A DNA stretch of 64,000 nt from an uncultured Chloroflexia bacterium (lineage in GTDB: Bacteria; Chloroflexota; Chloroflexia; QHBQ01; JADMIH01), in contig CAWCNY010000003.1 in the NCBI GenBank assembly GCA_963797095.1, positions 800,001-864,000 of the forward strand, in the 5' to 3' direction. Below the pieces are notes generated by a model, which saw only the letters and a program-made list of their open reading frames with translations, was not told the DNA's origin and made no database searches. Both the position numbers and the translations under genes were made by a program. Below, in pieces: positions 20,245-30,433 of the stretch (positions are counted from its first letter, which is position 1; every line of letters starts with the position of its first letter).

Positions 20245-20598
20245 ATGGAAATAGAACACGTGTTCCACGCGCTGGCCGATCACCATCGCCGATATTTACT
20301 CGATTTGCTCTCCCGGTCCGGCGGGCAGACCCTTACCGAACTGAGCGCCCACCTGCCCATGAGTCGCTTCGGTGCAATGAAGCATCTGCGGGTCCTCGAG
20401 GACGCAGGGCTGGTCACGACCCGTAAAGTTGGACGTGAGAAGCGGCACTATCTCAACCCTGCCCCCCTCCAGGATGTTGCCGATTGGGTAGAGAAGTACC
20501 GCCGGTTCTGGGACGAGCGCATAGACCGCCTGGAGGACTACCTCCGCGAGCTTCAACAGGAACAAAAGGAGCGGAAAAATGACCCTAACAAACCCTAG
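20245..20598 (+). CDS. ArsR/SmtB family transcriptional regulator
   Basis: FHALAD..RR.LL..L, MSRFGAMKHLRVLEDAGLV..RKVGRE motifs; overlaps the downstream SRPBCC gene. Confidence 0.92.
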   Translation: MEIEHVFHALADHHRRYLLDLLSRSGGQTLTELSAHLPMSRFGAMKHLRVLEDAGLVTTRKVGREKRHYLNPAPLQDVADWVEKYRRFWDERIDRLEDYLRELQQEQKERKNDPNKP

Positions 20599-21088
20599 CC
20601 CTAACGCGCCCGGCACCTCCGGTCAGGCCAATCAGAACAAGGGCGAAGTCACCCTCACACGCATTATTGACGCGCCTCGAGATCTAGTGTTCGAGGCGTG
20701 GACCGACCCGAAACATATGGCCCGGTGGTGGGGTCCAAAATACTTCACCAACCCGGTGTGCGAGCTGGACGTGCGGCCCGGCGGCGCGATCCTCATCCAT
20801 ATGCGCGCACCCGACGGCACCATCTACCCCATGAAGGGCACGTTCCTCGAAATCGTCAGGCCTGAGCGGCTCGTCTTCAATAGCATCGCTATCGAGGACG
20901 AAAGCGGTAACTCCATCCTCGAAAGTCTCACCACCGTCACATTCGAAGAGCACGAAGGCAAGACGAAACTCACCGTGCACGCCGCCGTCACCAGGGCAGA
21001 ACCAGGCTCCGAAGGGGCGCTCGCCGGCATGGAAGAGGGCTGGAACCAGAGCCTCGACAAGCTCGCCGAATATCTGGCCAAAGTCTAG
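20579..21088 (+). CDS. SRPBCC/AHSA1 domain protein
   Basis: TRIIDAPRDLVFEAWTDP...WWGP, DVRPGG, PERLVF and MEEGWNQSLDKL motifs. Confidence 0.92.
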   Translation: MTLTNPSPNAPGTSGQANQNKGEVTLTRIIDAPRDLVFEAWTDPKHMARWWGPKYFTNPVCELDVRPGGAILIHMRAPDGTIYPMKGTFLEIVRPERLVFNSIAIEDESGNSILESLTTVTFEEHEGKTKLTVHAAVTRAEPGSEGALAGMEEGWNQSLDKLAEYLAKV

Positions 21089-21334
21089 ACTCTAGCATAG
21101 GAGGGTGTGCAGGGGGCCACCCCTGCCGGGGCTCGGGCATCGGACATTCTTAATGACCCCGTGCGGTGCTCCCAGTAGGACAACGGGAAATACTCCCTTT
21201 GGTAGACCTTCAGATACTGCCTCTCACGGTCCCGTCGGGTATGCTATGCCCCAAAACCACCTCAATTCTCATCTTATTATGAGTTGTGATCTACAGCTCA
21301 CAACTCCCCAGAATAGAACGAAGGGAGCAGAACG

Positions 21335-21890
21335 ATGGAAACAGCACATAAGAAGCCGACGGCTGAACGGAACCTCGACGGCTATGGAGCGCCCCCGATC
21401 CCCTGGGCGAAGGTGCAGGAGCAGCTGGACCGAGGTCTCTCGCAAGAACCCGAATCGGGTGGACCTGGTCGACATACATGCTGGCTGGCAACCGTGAACC
21501 CGAACGGCAGGCCGCATGTAGTGCCGCTGGGCGCTCTCTGGGTGGATGGCCTCCTTTACTTCAATGCCGGTGCAGCCACCCGTAAGGCGAAGAATCTCAG
21601 CCCAAAACCCGAACTGCGTCATTTCGGTCGCTACTCACGATTTCGACCTGGTCGTGGAAGGCATGGCTACAAAAGTGATTGACCTGGCCACGGTCCGGCG
21701 TATCGCTGAGGTATACAGGGTGCAGCGCTGGGAGGCAACCGTGGATGAGGAGAACGTTTCCCTGACCGCCCCGTACAGCGCACCCAGTGCAGGGCCGCCT
21801 CCCTGGGACCTGTACAAGGTAACGCCGGAGACAGTGTATGCCTTTGGTACGGCCGAGCCGTATGGCGCGACACGTTGGAGATTCGCGTAG
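21335..21890 (+). pseudogene. Pyridoxamine 5'-phosphate oxidase-like (split barrel) protein, frameshifted near 21598-21599
   Basis: WLATVNPNGRPHVVP...TRKAKNL continues in another frame as AQNPNCVISV...DLVVEG...ATRWRF. One extra base. Confidence 0.8.
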
Positions 21891-21925
21891 GTCGAGCATA
21901 AGCAGTCCGTTAGAAGGAGCCTTCA

Positions 21926-22295
21926 ATGAAATCAGTAGTCTCAAAAGACGGCACCCCTATCGCATATGACCGGCAGGGTCAAGGGCCTTCGCGCTGATCG
22001 TCGTAGCGATGCGGTCAAGTATGCCTTCACGGCGGGCAGGCGGGCCATGAAGGTTCCCAAGCTGATCGCGATTGGGGATGCCGACAGCGTCCGCCCGTCG
22101 CACGCGTTGGAGATGTACGAGTGGCTCGGAGGCGGTCCGGTGATCCTCACGCCGGACGGCAGGTTGGGCGCGTTTCCGAAATCACAACTCGCCATCCTTC
22201 CCGGCACTTCGCACTTCAATATCCTCTACCGCACCGATCTGCTCATCCCGATCGTCACGCAGTTCCTCGACTCACCCATGCCGGAGGGCAAGTAA
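21926..22295 (+). pseudogene. Alpha/beta hydrolase remnant (N-terminus joined to a C-terminus; core deleted)
   Basis: AAGGAG then MKSVVSKDGTPIAYDRQGQGP, out of frame with ALIVV. Followed by KVPKLIAIGDADSVRP...LAILPGTSH...FLD. Confidence 0.75.
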
Positions 22296-22357
22296 TGTGC
22301 AGCATCATCAGGCCGCTGTTCAACTTTGAGCCGCCCGCCACCCGGCGGATCTCATAG
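22295..22357 (+). pseudogene. Truncated DUF2277-like gene
   Basis: MCSIIRPLFNFEPPAT matches the remembered DUF2277 N-terminus (MCRNI.PLFNFEPPAT). Stops after 20 codons; coupled to the upstream stop (TAATG). Confidence 0.6.
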
Positions 22358-22383
22358 CACACCTCAATGAATGGAGAACAAAC

Positions 22384-22977
22384 ATGGGCAAAGTTATCAC
22401 AAATATTACAATGTCGCTGGACGGCTTTATCGCCGGGCCGGGAGATGACGTTCAGCATCTCTTTAAGTGGTACTTCAGCGGCCCCACCGAAATTGCGGTG
22501 CAGGGCGGGAGGATGGTGCTCAAGGTGTCGCCGGAGAGCGCAGCCCTCCTCGAGGAATCGATAAAGGCCACCGGAGCAATGGTGGCAGGGCGCAGGATGT
22601 TCGATCTCGCCGGGGCCTGGGGCGGTAGTCCCCCCTTTGCGCCCTGTTTCATAGTCACTCATAATGTCGCACAGGAATGGGTCAAGGAAGGCTCGCCCTT
22701 CACCTTCGTCACAGACGGCGTAGAGAGCGCCGTCAGGCAGGCAAAGGCGGCAGCAGGCGACAAGAACGTGGCCGTAGCCACCGCCAGCATCACCCAGCAG
22801 TGCTTGAAAGCCGGGCTGCTTGACGAGATACATATCGATCTGGCCCCCGTTCTGCTCGGCGACGGCATCCGGCTGTTCGAGCATCTCGGCATCGAGCCGG
22901 TTGAGCTTGAAACGGTGAAGGTCGTACGGGCCCCCGGTGTAACGCACCTGGGATTCCGCGTCATAAAGGAGAGCTAA
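22384..22977 (+). CDS. Dihydrofolate reductase / RibD C-terminal family protein
   Basis: MSLDGFIAGP, GRRMFD and AGLLDEIHI..APVLLGDGIRLF motifs. Confidence 0.92.
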   Translation: MGKVITNITMSLDGFIAGPGDDVQHLFKWYFSGPTEIAVQGGRMVLKVSPESAALLEESIKATGAMVAGRRMFDLAGAWGGSPPFAPCFIVTHNVAQEWVKEGSPFTFVTDGVESAVRQAKAAAGDKNVAVATASITQQCLKAGLLDEIHIDLAPVLLGDGIRLFEHLGIEPVELETVKVVRAPGVTHLGFRVIKES

Positions 22978-22978
22978 C

Positions 22979-23758
22979 GTGAATTCAGTACGGTCCAAGG
23001 ATGGTACAACCATCACGTTCGATAAATTGGGTGAGGGATCGCCCGTCATCCTGGTGTGCGGCGGGTCAGTCGATAGAATGTCAAATGCGTCACTGGCCGA
23101 ACTCCTGGCAACCCATCACACCGTGTACAATTACGACCGCCGTGGCCGTGGTGAAAGTGGCGACACCCCGCCATACGCGGTCAAGCGCGAGATCGAGGAT
23201 ATGGACGCCCTGATCAATGAGGCGGGCGGCTCGGCCTTCCTGTACGGTGCGTCATCCGGTGCCGCCCTTGCACTCGAGGCGGCAGCGAGCGGCCTCTCGG
23301 TCACAAAATTGGCATTGTGGGAGCCACCCTATATACTGGAGGGCACCCGCCCTCGGCCACCCGCGGACACCGCCTCTATTTACACAGAGCTGGTATCGTC
23401 GGGTCGTCGCGGCGATGCAGTCGAGTACTTCATGGCGAAGGTGGTCGGCCTCCCCGACGAGTTCGTTGCCCAGGCTCGCAGCGCCCCCTGGTGGCCCTGG
23501 CAGGAGGCCCTCGCTCATACGCTCGCATACGACGCCACGATCATGGGCGACTATTCGCTGCCGGAGGAGCGCGCCGCCAAAGTCAAAATACCAACGCTCG
23601 TACTGGCAGGTGGGGCAAGTTGGGACTGGATGCGCGACACGGCACAAGCGCTGGCGCGTGCCCTACCCGGCGGAGAGTACCGCGTCCTTGAGGGCCAGGA
23701 GCATAACATCGACGCGCAGGTACTGGCACCCGCTTTGGAGGAATTCTTCGCTGGCTGA
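22979..23758 (+). CDS. Alpha/beta fold hydrolase
   Basis: SKDGT, YDRRGRGES, GASSG nucleophile elbow and LEGQEH. Confidence 0.92.
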   Translation: MNSVRSKDGTTITFDKLGEGSPVILVCGGSVDRMSNASLAELLATHHTVYNYDRRGRGESGDTPPYAVKREIEDMDALINEAGGSAFLYGASSGAALALEAAASGLSVTKLALWEPPYILEGTRPRPPADTASIYTELVSSGRRGDAVEYFMAKVVGLPDEFVAQARSAPWWPWQEALAHTLAYDATIMGDYSLPEERAAKVKIPTLVLAGGASWDWMRDTAQALARALPGGEYRVLEGQEHNIDAQVLAPALEEFFAG

Positions 23759-23777
23759 GAAAGATACCGGCTCGCTC

Positions 23778-23824
23778 CAGGTTCCGGTATCTCCAACGAT
23801 CTGGCATGGAGATACCGGAACCTG
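23778..23824. repeat. Perfect 18-bp inverted repeat (intergenic hairpin)
   Basis: CAGGTTCCGGTATCTCCA, 11-nt loop, TGGAGATACCGGAACCTG; no clear U-tract. Confidence 0.8.
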
Positions 23825-23846
23825 TTGAACCGGGGAGACCAAACCA

Positions 23847-25967
23847 ATGCGCCCTGTACAACCGTCACAGTCGGGCCACCTTACGCTCGCAGGCTTCGGC
23901 ATCTACTACGAGATGTTCGAGCCTGCCGACACTGTCGAGGCACCCGCGCTGCTCCTTCTCCCGACCTGGCAGATCGTACACAGCCGTCATTGGAAGATGC
24001 AGGTGGCCTACCTGTCGCGCCACTTCCGGGTGATCACCTTCGACTCGCCTGGTAACGGCGGTGCAGAGCGCACTGAAGACCCGGCTGCTTTCGAATACGA
24101 CCGCGTCATCGACCAGGGGGTCGGGCTGCTTGACCATCTTGGCATGAAACAGGCCGCGCTCCTAGCCTTCTCCAGGGGGTGCTTCTACGCCCTCTGGATG
24201 GCCGCACGCTACCCCGGCAGGGTTAGGCGCCTGATCTTGATAGGCAATGGAGTCGCGCCCGACTTCTCGCCATCCGCAGACCCGACCTTCTGGGAGCGGC
24301 ACGACACCTACGACGGCTGGGAGAAGTGGAACGCTCATTACTGGCTTGAACACTATCCTGAGTGGCTCGACTTCTTCTTCGGTGAGTTTTTCACCGAGCC
24401 CCACTCCACCAAGGGCTTCGAAGATTGCGTCGCCTGGAGTATGGAGACCACCCCGCAAATCCTCACACACACCGTAGCCAACGCCGGTCTCTTCCCCAGG
24501 ATGCCGGTGCGGCAGGTGCTGGAGAGCGTTACATGCCCGGTGCTCCTCATCCATGGAGAGGACGACCGCATCTCCGAGATCGAGGTTACCAGGCAGCTGG
24601 CCGAGGCGCGCCCCGATTTTGAGTTTCTTACCCTCCAGGGAAGCGGTCACGGCCTGCATGTACGCAACCCGGTCAAAACGAACCTGGAGGTCGCCGGCTT
24701 CATGGGCGCAACCGGCCCCAGGCAGAGGACCTGGCATCATGCGCTCACCCGCAAGCCTCGCCGCGCCCTCTATATTTCAAGCCCAATCGGCCTGGGGCAT
24801 GTGCAGCGCGACCTGGCGATTGCCCGCGAGTTGCGCGCCCTGGTGCCCGACCTTGAGATTCTTTGGTGGGCGCAACCCCCCGTAACCCGCGTGTTGCAGG
24901 AGGCGGGCGAGTTCATTCACCCGGCCAGCCGCCGGATGGCCTCCGAGTCGGCTCACTGGGAGGAGGAGTCGTCCGGTCACGAGCTGCACGCTTTCTATGC
25001 CTTCCGCCGCATGGACGAAATCTTCCTCTACAACTTCATGCTCCTCCACGACCTCATGAGGGAGGAGCAGTACGATCTGTGGATCGGCGACGAGTCGTGG
25101 GAGCTGGACTATTACCTGCACGAAAACCCCGATCTGAAAACCGCGCCCTATGCCTTTCTGACCGATGTGATCGGCTTCTTGCCCGTAGACCCGGAGGGCG
25201 ACCCGCGCGAGGCTTACGTCTGCGCCGACTACAACGCCGAGATGATAGAGCAGAGAGCGCGCTACCCGCGACTGCGCGATCTATCGCTTTATGTGGGAGA
25301 GTATGACGACCTGCCGCCCGACTACTTCGGGCCTGGCCTCCCGCGTATCCGCGATTGGGCGCGAGAGTGGTTCGAGGCGGTGGGCTACGTCCTCCCATTC
25401 GCCCCCGGCGACTATCGAGATACAGCAGCCCTGCGGGCCAAACTAGGTTACGACAAAGACGGTGGGGCCGGCCCGCTCCTCTTCGCAACTGTCGGCGGCA
25501 CATCCGTCGGGCGCAATCTGCTTCAGAAGATAGCCGAATCGTTTCCCATCCTGCGCGAAGCAATAGCGGACGCCCGGATGGTGATGGTCACAGGCCCGCG
25601 CATCGACCCCCGCGATCTACCCGATGCGGCCGGCATGGAAAAGCGGTCATACGTGCACAACCTGTTCGAGCACCTGGCCTGCGCCGATGCCGCCGTAGTG
25701 CAAGGCGGCCTCTCCACCTCAATGGAGCTGGTGGCGGCGCGACGCCCCTTCGTCTACTTTCCTCTGCGTAAGCACTGGGAGCAGTTGCACCACGTGGCAT
25801 ACAGGCTGGACCATTACAATGCCGGCACCAGGCTCGACTATGGTGCCACCACCCCGTCGGAGTTAGCCCAGGCGTTGAAGCAGACCTTGCAGACCCCTGT
25901 AGACTACAGAGAGATCGCCCCAGGAGCGGCGCGTAGGGCCGCTGAGCGCATCGCGACTCTCCTGTAA
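23847..25967 (+). CDS. Alpha/beta hydrolase fused to a GT-B (GT28-like) glycosyltransferase
   Basis: N-half: FDSPGNG, AFSRG, HGEDD, GSGHG. C-half: SPIGLGHVQRD, VGGTSVG, QGGLSTSME, HWEQ. Confidence 0.85.
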   Translation: MRPVQPSQSGHLTLAGFGIYYEMFEPADTVEAPALLLLPTWQIVHSRHWKMQVAYLSRHFRVITFDSPGNGGAERTEDPAAFEYDRVIDQGVGLLDHLGMKQAALLAFSRGCFYALWMAARYPGRVRRLILIGNGVAPDFSPSADPTFWERHDTYDGWEKWNAHYWLEHYPEWLDFFFGEFFTEPHSTKGFEDCVAWSMETTPQILTHTVANAGLFPRMPVRQVLESVTCPVLLIHGEDDRISEIEVTRQLAEARPDFEFLTLQGSGHGLHVRNPVKTNLEVAGFMGATGPRQRTWHHALTRKPRRALYISSPIGLGHVQRDLAIARELRALVPDLEILWWAQPPVTRVLQEAGEFIHPASRRMASESAHWEEESSGHELHAFYAFRRMDEIFLYNFMLLHDLMREEQYDLWIGDESWELDYYLHENPDLKTAPYAFLTDVIGFLPVDPEGDPREAYVCADYNAEMIEQRARYPRLRDLSLYVGEYDDLPPDYFGPGLPRIRDWAREWFEAVGYVLPFAPGDYRDTAALRAKLGYDKDGGAGPLLFATVGGTSVGRNLLQKIAESFPILREAIADARMVMVTGPRIDPRDLPDAAGMEKRSYVHNLFEHLACADAAVVQGGLSTSMELVAARRPFVYFPLRKHWEQLHHVAYRLDHYNAGTRLDYGATTPSELAQALKQTLQTPVDYREIAPGAARRAAERIATLL

Positions 25968-25997
25968 CCTCCTGCAACAGCCCATTCATCTACACCT

Positions 25998-28900
25998 TCA
26001 AGCCTCTTGCACCCCGGCAGAAAGTACCTCCTCTACTATCTGCTCCAGGGTCCTTGTCTGTCTTTTACTTGAGGCTGCGATAGGTTGGCGGGAAGGATCT
26101 GCTGTCATCATTTCCTCGATCTCTCGCACTCGATCTCTTGTCTGTTTGTTGGCCGCCGGGTGCTCGGCGACTAAAGAGAGGATCTCCCGGCCTTGCTCAG
26201 GCTGCCCCTCACCCACCTGAGTCTCAGCTGTGCTCGCCAGGATATCCAGCGCCACCGGCCACGCCTCGATTCCCATGGCGATCCCCAGAGCCCTATGCAG
26301 GTGAGACAGTGCCGCCTGGCCTTCGCCCAGAGCCTGAGCCACTCTACCCAGGGTATTGAGCGCAGCGGCCATGCCGCGCCTGTAACTGGTCTCCTCGCAC
26401 AAGACGAGCACCTCGCGCAACAGACGTTGGGCCAGCGAATAATTCCCCCGCGAGAAGGCGAGATAACCCAGCTGCTGGAGGGGTAGGGCCATGTGCTGGC
26501 GGTCCCCTATCTCCTTGAAAGCGTCCAGGCTCTCCTCCAGGAGCGACTGCGCTTGCGGATAGTGGCCCGAGTACAACGCTATCGTGCCCATCTGGTGCAG
26601 GGCGTTGGCACGGCCCCAGCGATGGCCGATTTCACGTGAGATAGCAAGCACCTCCTCACAATATCGCCCGGCATCTGCGTACTCACCCAGGGCAATAGCC
26701 ACGCTGGCCATATCGTTGAGGCAGAATATCATAGCCCGGCGGTCCCCTGCTTCTCTTGAGATATGGAGGCTCTCCTCGTGCAATTGTTTGGCCCCCTTGT
26801 ACTCCCCCAGCAGATACGCCACGTTACCCAGGTCGCTGAGCGAATATGCGGTTCCCCACCGGTCGCCTGCTTCTCTGAACAAAGCCAGGCTCCGCTCAAG
26901 GAAACCCCTGGCTTGCTCGTATTCGCTCTGTAAGCGCGCCACCGTGCCGAGAAGGTTCAGCGAGAAGGCAATCTCTCTGTGCGCTCCAATACGTGACAGG
27001 AGGGTAATACTTCTCTCGAGCAGATGGCGGCCCTTGATCGTGCGACCCAGGCGCGACCCTGAGATCGCTCCATGTCGGGCCAGCACTTTGCCGAGCACCA
27101 ACACCTGCTCTTTGTCCTCGATTTCCTCAGTGCCGGTTTCGGTGCCGAAACTCAACACCGAGACCGCCCGCCCAAACGACTCGTCAGCTTCGTGTAGCAG
27201 GCCGCGGCTCTCGTAATAGATCCACAGCCCGTCTATGAGCCTATCGATCGTCTCGATCTTCTTTTGCTCGATGCTCCAACGCCATGCTTGTCGCACATTG
27301 TCAATATCGGCGGTGATTTCTTCTATCGCGGACAACTGTTCTTTCCCGCGCAATCGTTCCTCCCGCCGTTGGACAAAGTCCGCGTAGTAATCTGCGTGCC
27401 GGTCTTGCGCCAGCGCTGCTGCGCCTGGCACTTCACCCAGCCCGGTATAGGCATACTGGCGCAAAAGCTCGTGCATCTGGTAGCGTCCAGGGGGGCCACG
27501 GTGCAGCCACGATTTGGCGATCAAGGATGAAAGCACCGGCAGAGTGGCACCCATCGCCTGCTCGGCGGCCTCGCGGCGGAATCCTCCCTGGAATATAGAT
27601 AGACCGGCGCATATCAGGCGCTCTTCCTCAGAGAGGAGATTCCACGAATAATCGAAAACAGCCCGCATGCTCCGGTGTCGCTCAGGAACGTCGCGCAGGT
27701 GCGTGGTGAGGAAGTCGAGGTTCCTGGTGATCTCCTGGGCGATTTCATCGCACGAAAGCGTGGGAGTCCAGGCCGCGGCCAACTCAACCGCAAGCGGCAG
27801 CCCGCCGAGCAACCGGCAGATGCGCACAACCGCCCGCTTGTCCTCCTCGTCCAGCACGAAGCTCGAATCGAGGCGGCGAGCGCTTTGCGTAAACAATTGC
27901 ACCGCGGCATAGCTCCCCAGGTCGCCGAACATTGCTTCTTCCGGGTAAGGTAAGCCGCTCACCGCCAGCACCCATTCGCCCTGCAAATTCATGCGCTCGC
28001 GAGTCGTCGCGATGATCTTTACGCCCGGCGCGCGATTAAGGATCGCGGCCAGCAGGCCGGTAGCATCGGAAAGATGCTCCAGGTTATCCAGCACCAGGAG
28101 TACCTCTTTATCGCTCAATTCATCGAGAAGCTGGCTTTGTTCGTCTTTGTGGCTGGAGAAAGAAAGCCCGATGGCCGACCCTATCGTAGATGCGAGAAAC
28201 TCCCCTGAGCGCACAGGTGCCAGCGACACGAAATACACCCCATCCGCAAACGCTCCTATCTGCTCGGTGGCCGCCTGTAGAGCAAGTCGAGTCTTGCCGC
28301 TACCCCCCTGGCCGGTCAAGCTGATCAGCCTGCACTCGGGGCGCTCGATCAATTGGGCCAACTCCACCAGTTCGTGCTCACGCCCAACGAAAGGGGTCGG
28401 TTGAAGCGGGAGATTATGTGGGTGCAGGGAGGGGAGAACCAGTCGCCCTTCTAGCGAGGACCCGCTACTGCCCACATAGCCATATCCGGAGCCGCTACCC
28501 TCCATGTCACTGCGCTCCGACGCCCTGATACGCTCGTATAGCTCGGTGGTTTCCTCCGTCGGCTCCACGCCAAGCCCTTCCCGCAGCAGGCGGCGGCAGG
28601 TCTCGTACTGAGCGAGCGCGGCGCTCCGCTCCCCGCGCAGTACAAGCAGGCGCATCACCTGGCGATGGGCTTCCTCGCGCCAGGGGTCGATCTCAAGCTG
28701 CCGCCAGGCGTAGCTGTGCGCCTCGTCGTATGCGCCTCGCCTCTCGTAATACGCCGCCAGTTGGTAGAGAGCCTGGAGCACCTGCCGCTGTAGCTCGTCC
28801 CGCTGGAGAAGCATCCATTCTTCAAACGCCACGCTCTCCTGAACAAACAATCCGTCCAGGAAAGGGCCACGGTACAACTCGACGGCTTGCCGGAGCCTCT

Positions 28901-29294
28901 GCGAGCAGGGGATGCATACCTCAAGGCGGCGGTGGGTGTGGCGGTTGCAGGCCTCGAAGAGGGCAGTAAAAGTTGCTAAATCCACCAGGGAGTCGCCTGC
29001 GGGGTTGAACCGGACCGACTCCCGCGTGACTAGCAGGAAGGGCGGTTCGGCGCTTGCGTCGTGGATCGTGCGGCGCAGATTGGAGAGAGCCTGGCGCAGA
29101 TTGGCGCGAGCTACCTCCTCAGGCTGGTGGGGCCAGAGCAACCCGGTGAGCAGATCCCGGTTGTGCGGGCGCTCCGGTTGCGCAGCCAGGTAAGCGAGCA
29201 AGGCGCGCACTTTAGACGATTCAAAGCCCGTTACAGGCCGCCCGTCCACCACTACCTCAAGCGCACCCAGAAGCGATACTTGCAGACGTGTCAT
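25998..29294 (-). CDS. AfsR/SARP-like regulator: wHTH-BTAD, NB-ARC ATPase, TPR repeats
   Basis: LLG.LEV, ALLAYL, LYRGPFL, DPWREEAHR, FVGRE, GQGGSGKT, LLVLDN, GLPLAVELAA, MHELLRQY and TPR repeats. Confidence 0.93.
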   Translation of the reverse strand: MTRLQVSLLGALEVVVDGRPVTGFESSKVRALLAYLAAQPERPHNRDLLTGLLWPHQPEEVARANLRQALSNLRRTIHDASAEPPFLLVTRESVRFNPAGDSLVDLATFTALFEACNRHTHRRLEVCIPCSQRLRQAVELYRGPFLDGLFVQESVAFEEWMLLQRDELQRQVLQALYQLAAYYERRGAYDEAHSYAWRQLEIDPWREEAHRQVMRLLVLRGERSAALAQYETCRRLLREGLGVEPTEETTELYERIRASERSDMEGSGSGYGYVGSSGSSLEGRLVLPSLHPHNLPLQPTPFVGREHELVELAQLIERPECRLISLTGQGGSGKTRLALQAATEQIGAFADGVYFVSLAPVRSGEFLASTIGSAIGLSFSSHKDEQSQLLDELSDKEVLLVLDNLEHLSDATGLLAAILNRAPGVKIIATTRERMNLQGEWVLAVSGLPYPEEAMFGDLGSYAAVQLFTQSARRLDSSFVLDEEDKRAVVRICRLLGGLPLAVELAAAWTPTLSCDEIAQEITRNLDFLTTHLRDVPERHRSMRAVFDYSWNLLSEEERLICAGLSIFQGGFRREAAEQAMGATLPVLSSLIAKSWLHRGPPGRYQMHELLRQYAYTGLGEVPGAAALAQDRHADYYADFVQRREERLRGKEQLSAIEEITADIDNVRQAWRWSIEQKKIETIDRLIDGLWIYYESRGLLHEADESFGRAVSVLSFGTETGTEEIEDKEQVLVLGKVLARHGAISGSRLGRTIKGRHLLERSITLLSRIGAHREIAFSLNLLGTVARLQSEYEQARGFLERSLALFREAGDRWGTAYSLSDLGNVAYLLGEYKGAKQLHEESLHISREAGDRRAMIFCLNDMASVAIALGEYADAGRYCEEVLAISREIGHRWGRANALHQMGTIALYSGHYPQAQSLLEESLDAFKEIGDRQHMALPLQQLGYLAFSRGNYSLAQRLLREVLVLCEETSYRRGMAAALNTLGRVAQALGEGQAALSHLHRALGIAMGIEAWPVALDILASTAETQVGEGQPEQGREILSLVAEHPAANKQTRDRVREIEEMMTADPSRQPIAASSKRQTRTLEQIVEEVLSAGVQEA

Positions 29295-29397
29295 AAGCCC
29301 TCACACCTACGACCATATATTGACGGCTCATGCAGGTCATTTAGCCTAACTTGCTTATCCGGCATATCCAACACGGTTTGTTAGCCAGTATACACCT

Positions 29398-29450
29398 CTA
29401 CGGAGTCCTTGCATACTCCTTACGCTCTCCTGACGTTCGTGCGCTAGATT
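29398..29450 (+). promoter_or_regulatory. 11-bp-phased direct repeats plus -10 (candidate SARP/BTAD-activated promoter)
   Basis: CTACG 29398, TTGCA 29409, TTACG 29420, TGACG 29431, then TAGATT at 29445-29450. Confidence 0.6.
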
Positions 29451-29531
29451 GGCATCAACCCGGCGCCCACACGGGCTACACGAGGCAACGAGCCCGGCAT
29501 GAGTGCCATCCGGCTACAAAAGGAGGGATCT

Positions 29532-30416
29532 ATGTATGTTCACGGCGCAGTTGCAGAAAAGAACGATAGAGTAGCGCCACCCGCCACAAGCACCGCTATA
29601 GCCTCGATAACGGATGCCGCGAGCAGGGAGCGGGCTGCCCGCCTCGTCAAGAATGGCGCTGCCGTGGCTGCGTTCGTGCGCAGCGTGTGGGTGCTCTGGA
29701 TAGACCCGGCCAACCATGAGGCGGTCGAAACGATCTACAGGATAAAGGGGGAGAAGCGCACCGGCAGGCCGATGGCCACCGCGTTGGGGGCCGAAACCTT
29801 TGTCGAGCTGCTCGACCCCGACAGGATAGCTCCCGGCGTGCGGAAGATATTCCTCGACCCGGAGGAGCTAAAGCTGCGGCTGAGCATGCTCTGTCTTATC
29901 AGGGCACCCATCAAGCGATCCGCCGTGGAGATGCTGCCTCCCATCATAGTCTCACATACGCCTGATGGCACAGCCTGGCTTCAGAACTGCGTGACAACCG
30001 GCCCCGCGCCTGCCGTTCGTCTGGCCGAATCGATCCTGGGCCAGGGGGTCGCCTTCCCATCGGTCACGTCCATGAACGTCAGCGGCCTCCCTGAGATCGT
30101 GCAGCAGGACGAGGCAGAAGCCTTCTGCCGGGAGCGCCGGGTTCCGCTCGCCCTCATCGACCCTGGCGACAAGCCTCTGGTGCGCGGTTCGTTCCCGATC
30201 ATCGGGGTAAACAAGCAAGGCGTGAGGCTGATACGAAATGGGCACTTCCCCGGCTACCTCTTCCGCTACCTGCTGGACGGCGCGGAAGTCGAGTTGGACG
30301 GAGCGGCGCTCGCGAAATTCCCATTGGTGAGAACCCACAGCGAGGAGGAAGCATCCGGCACCGGCGCAACCAGGCTACGCGAAGAGATCATAGCCCGGTT
30401 ATCCGGGCGTAATTAG
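29532..30416 (+). CDS. Divergent YrdC/Sua5 (TsaC)-like protein
   Basis: AVETIYRIKGEKRTGRPM and SVTSMNVSG resemble the YrdC K.R and S.N.SG motifs; the PTETxYGL motif is absent. AAGGAGG RBS. Confidence 0.6.
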   Translation: MYVHGAVAEKNDRVAPPATSTAIASITDAASRERAARLVKNGAAVAAFVRSVWVLWIDPANHEAVETIYRIKGEKRTGRPMATALGAETFVELLDPDRIAPGVRKIFLDPEELKLRLSMLCLIRAPIKRSAVEMLPPIIVSHTPDGTAWLQNCVTTGPAPAVRLAESILGQGVAFPSVTSMNVSGLPEIVQQDEAEAFCRERRVPLALIDPGDKPLVRGSFPIIGVNKQGVRLIRNGHFPGYLFRYLLDGAEVELDGAALAKFPLVRTHSEEEASGTGATRLREEIIARLSGRN

Positions 30417-30433
30417 TCGAATAGGAGAAGATA

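Noticed and set aside
21311-21327. AATAGAACGAA(A)GGGAG shared with ~63389-63405
   Set aside because: Short, purine-rich and includes the SD; most simply a common translation-initiation context.
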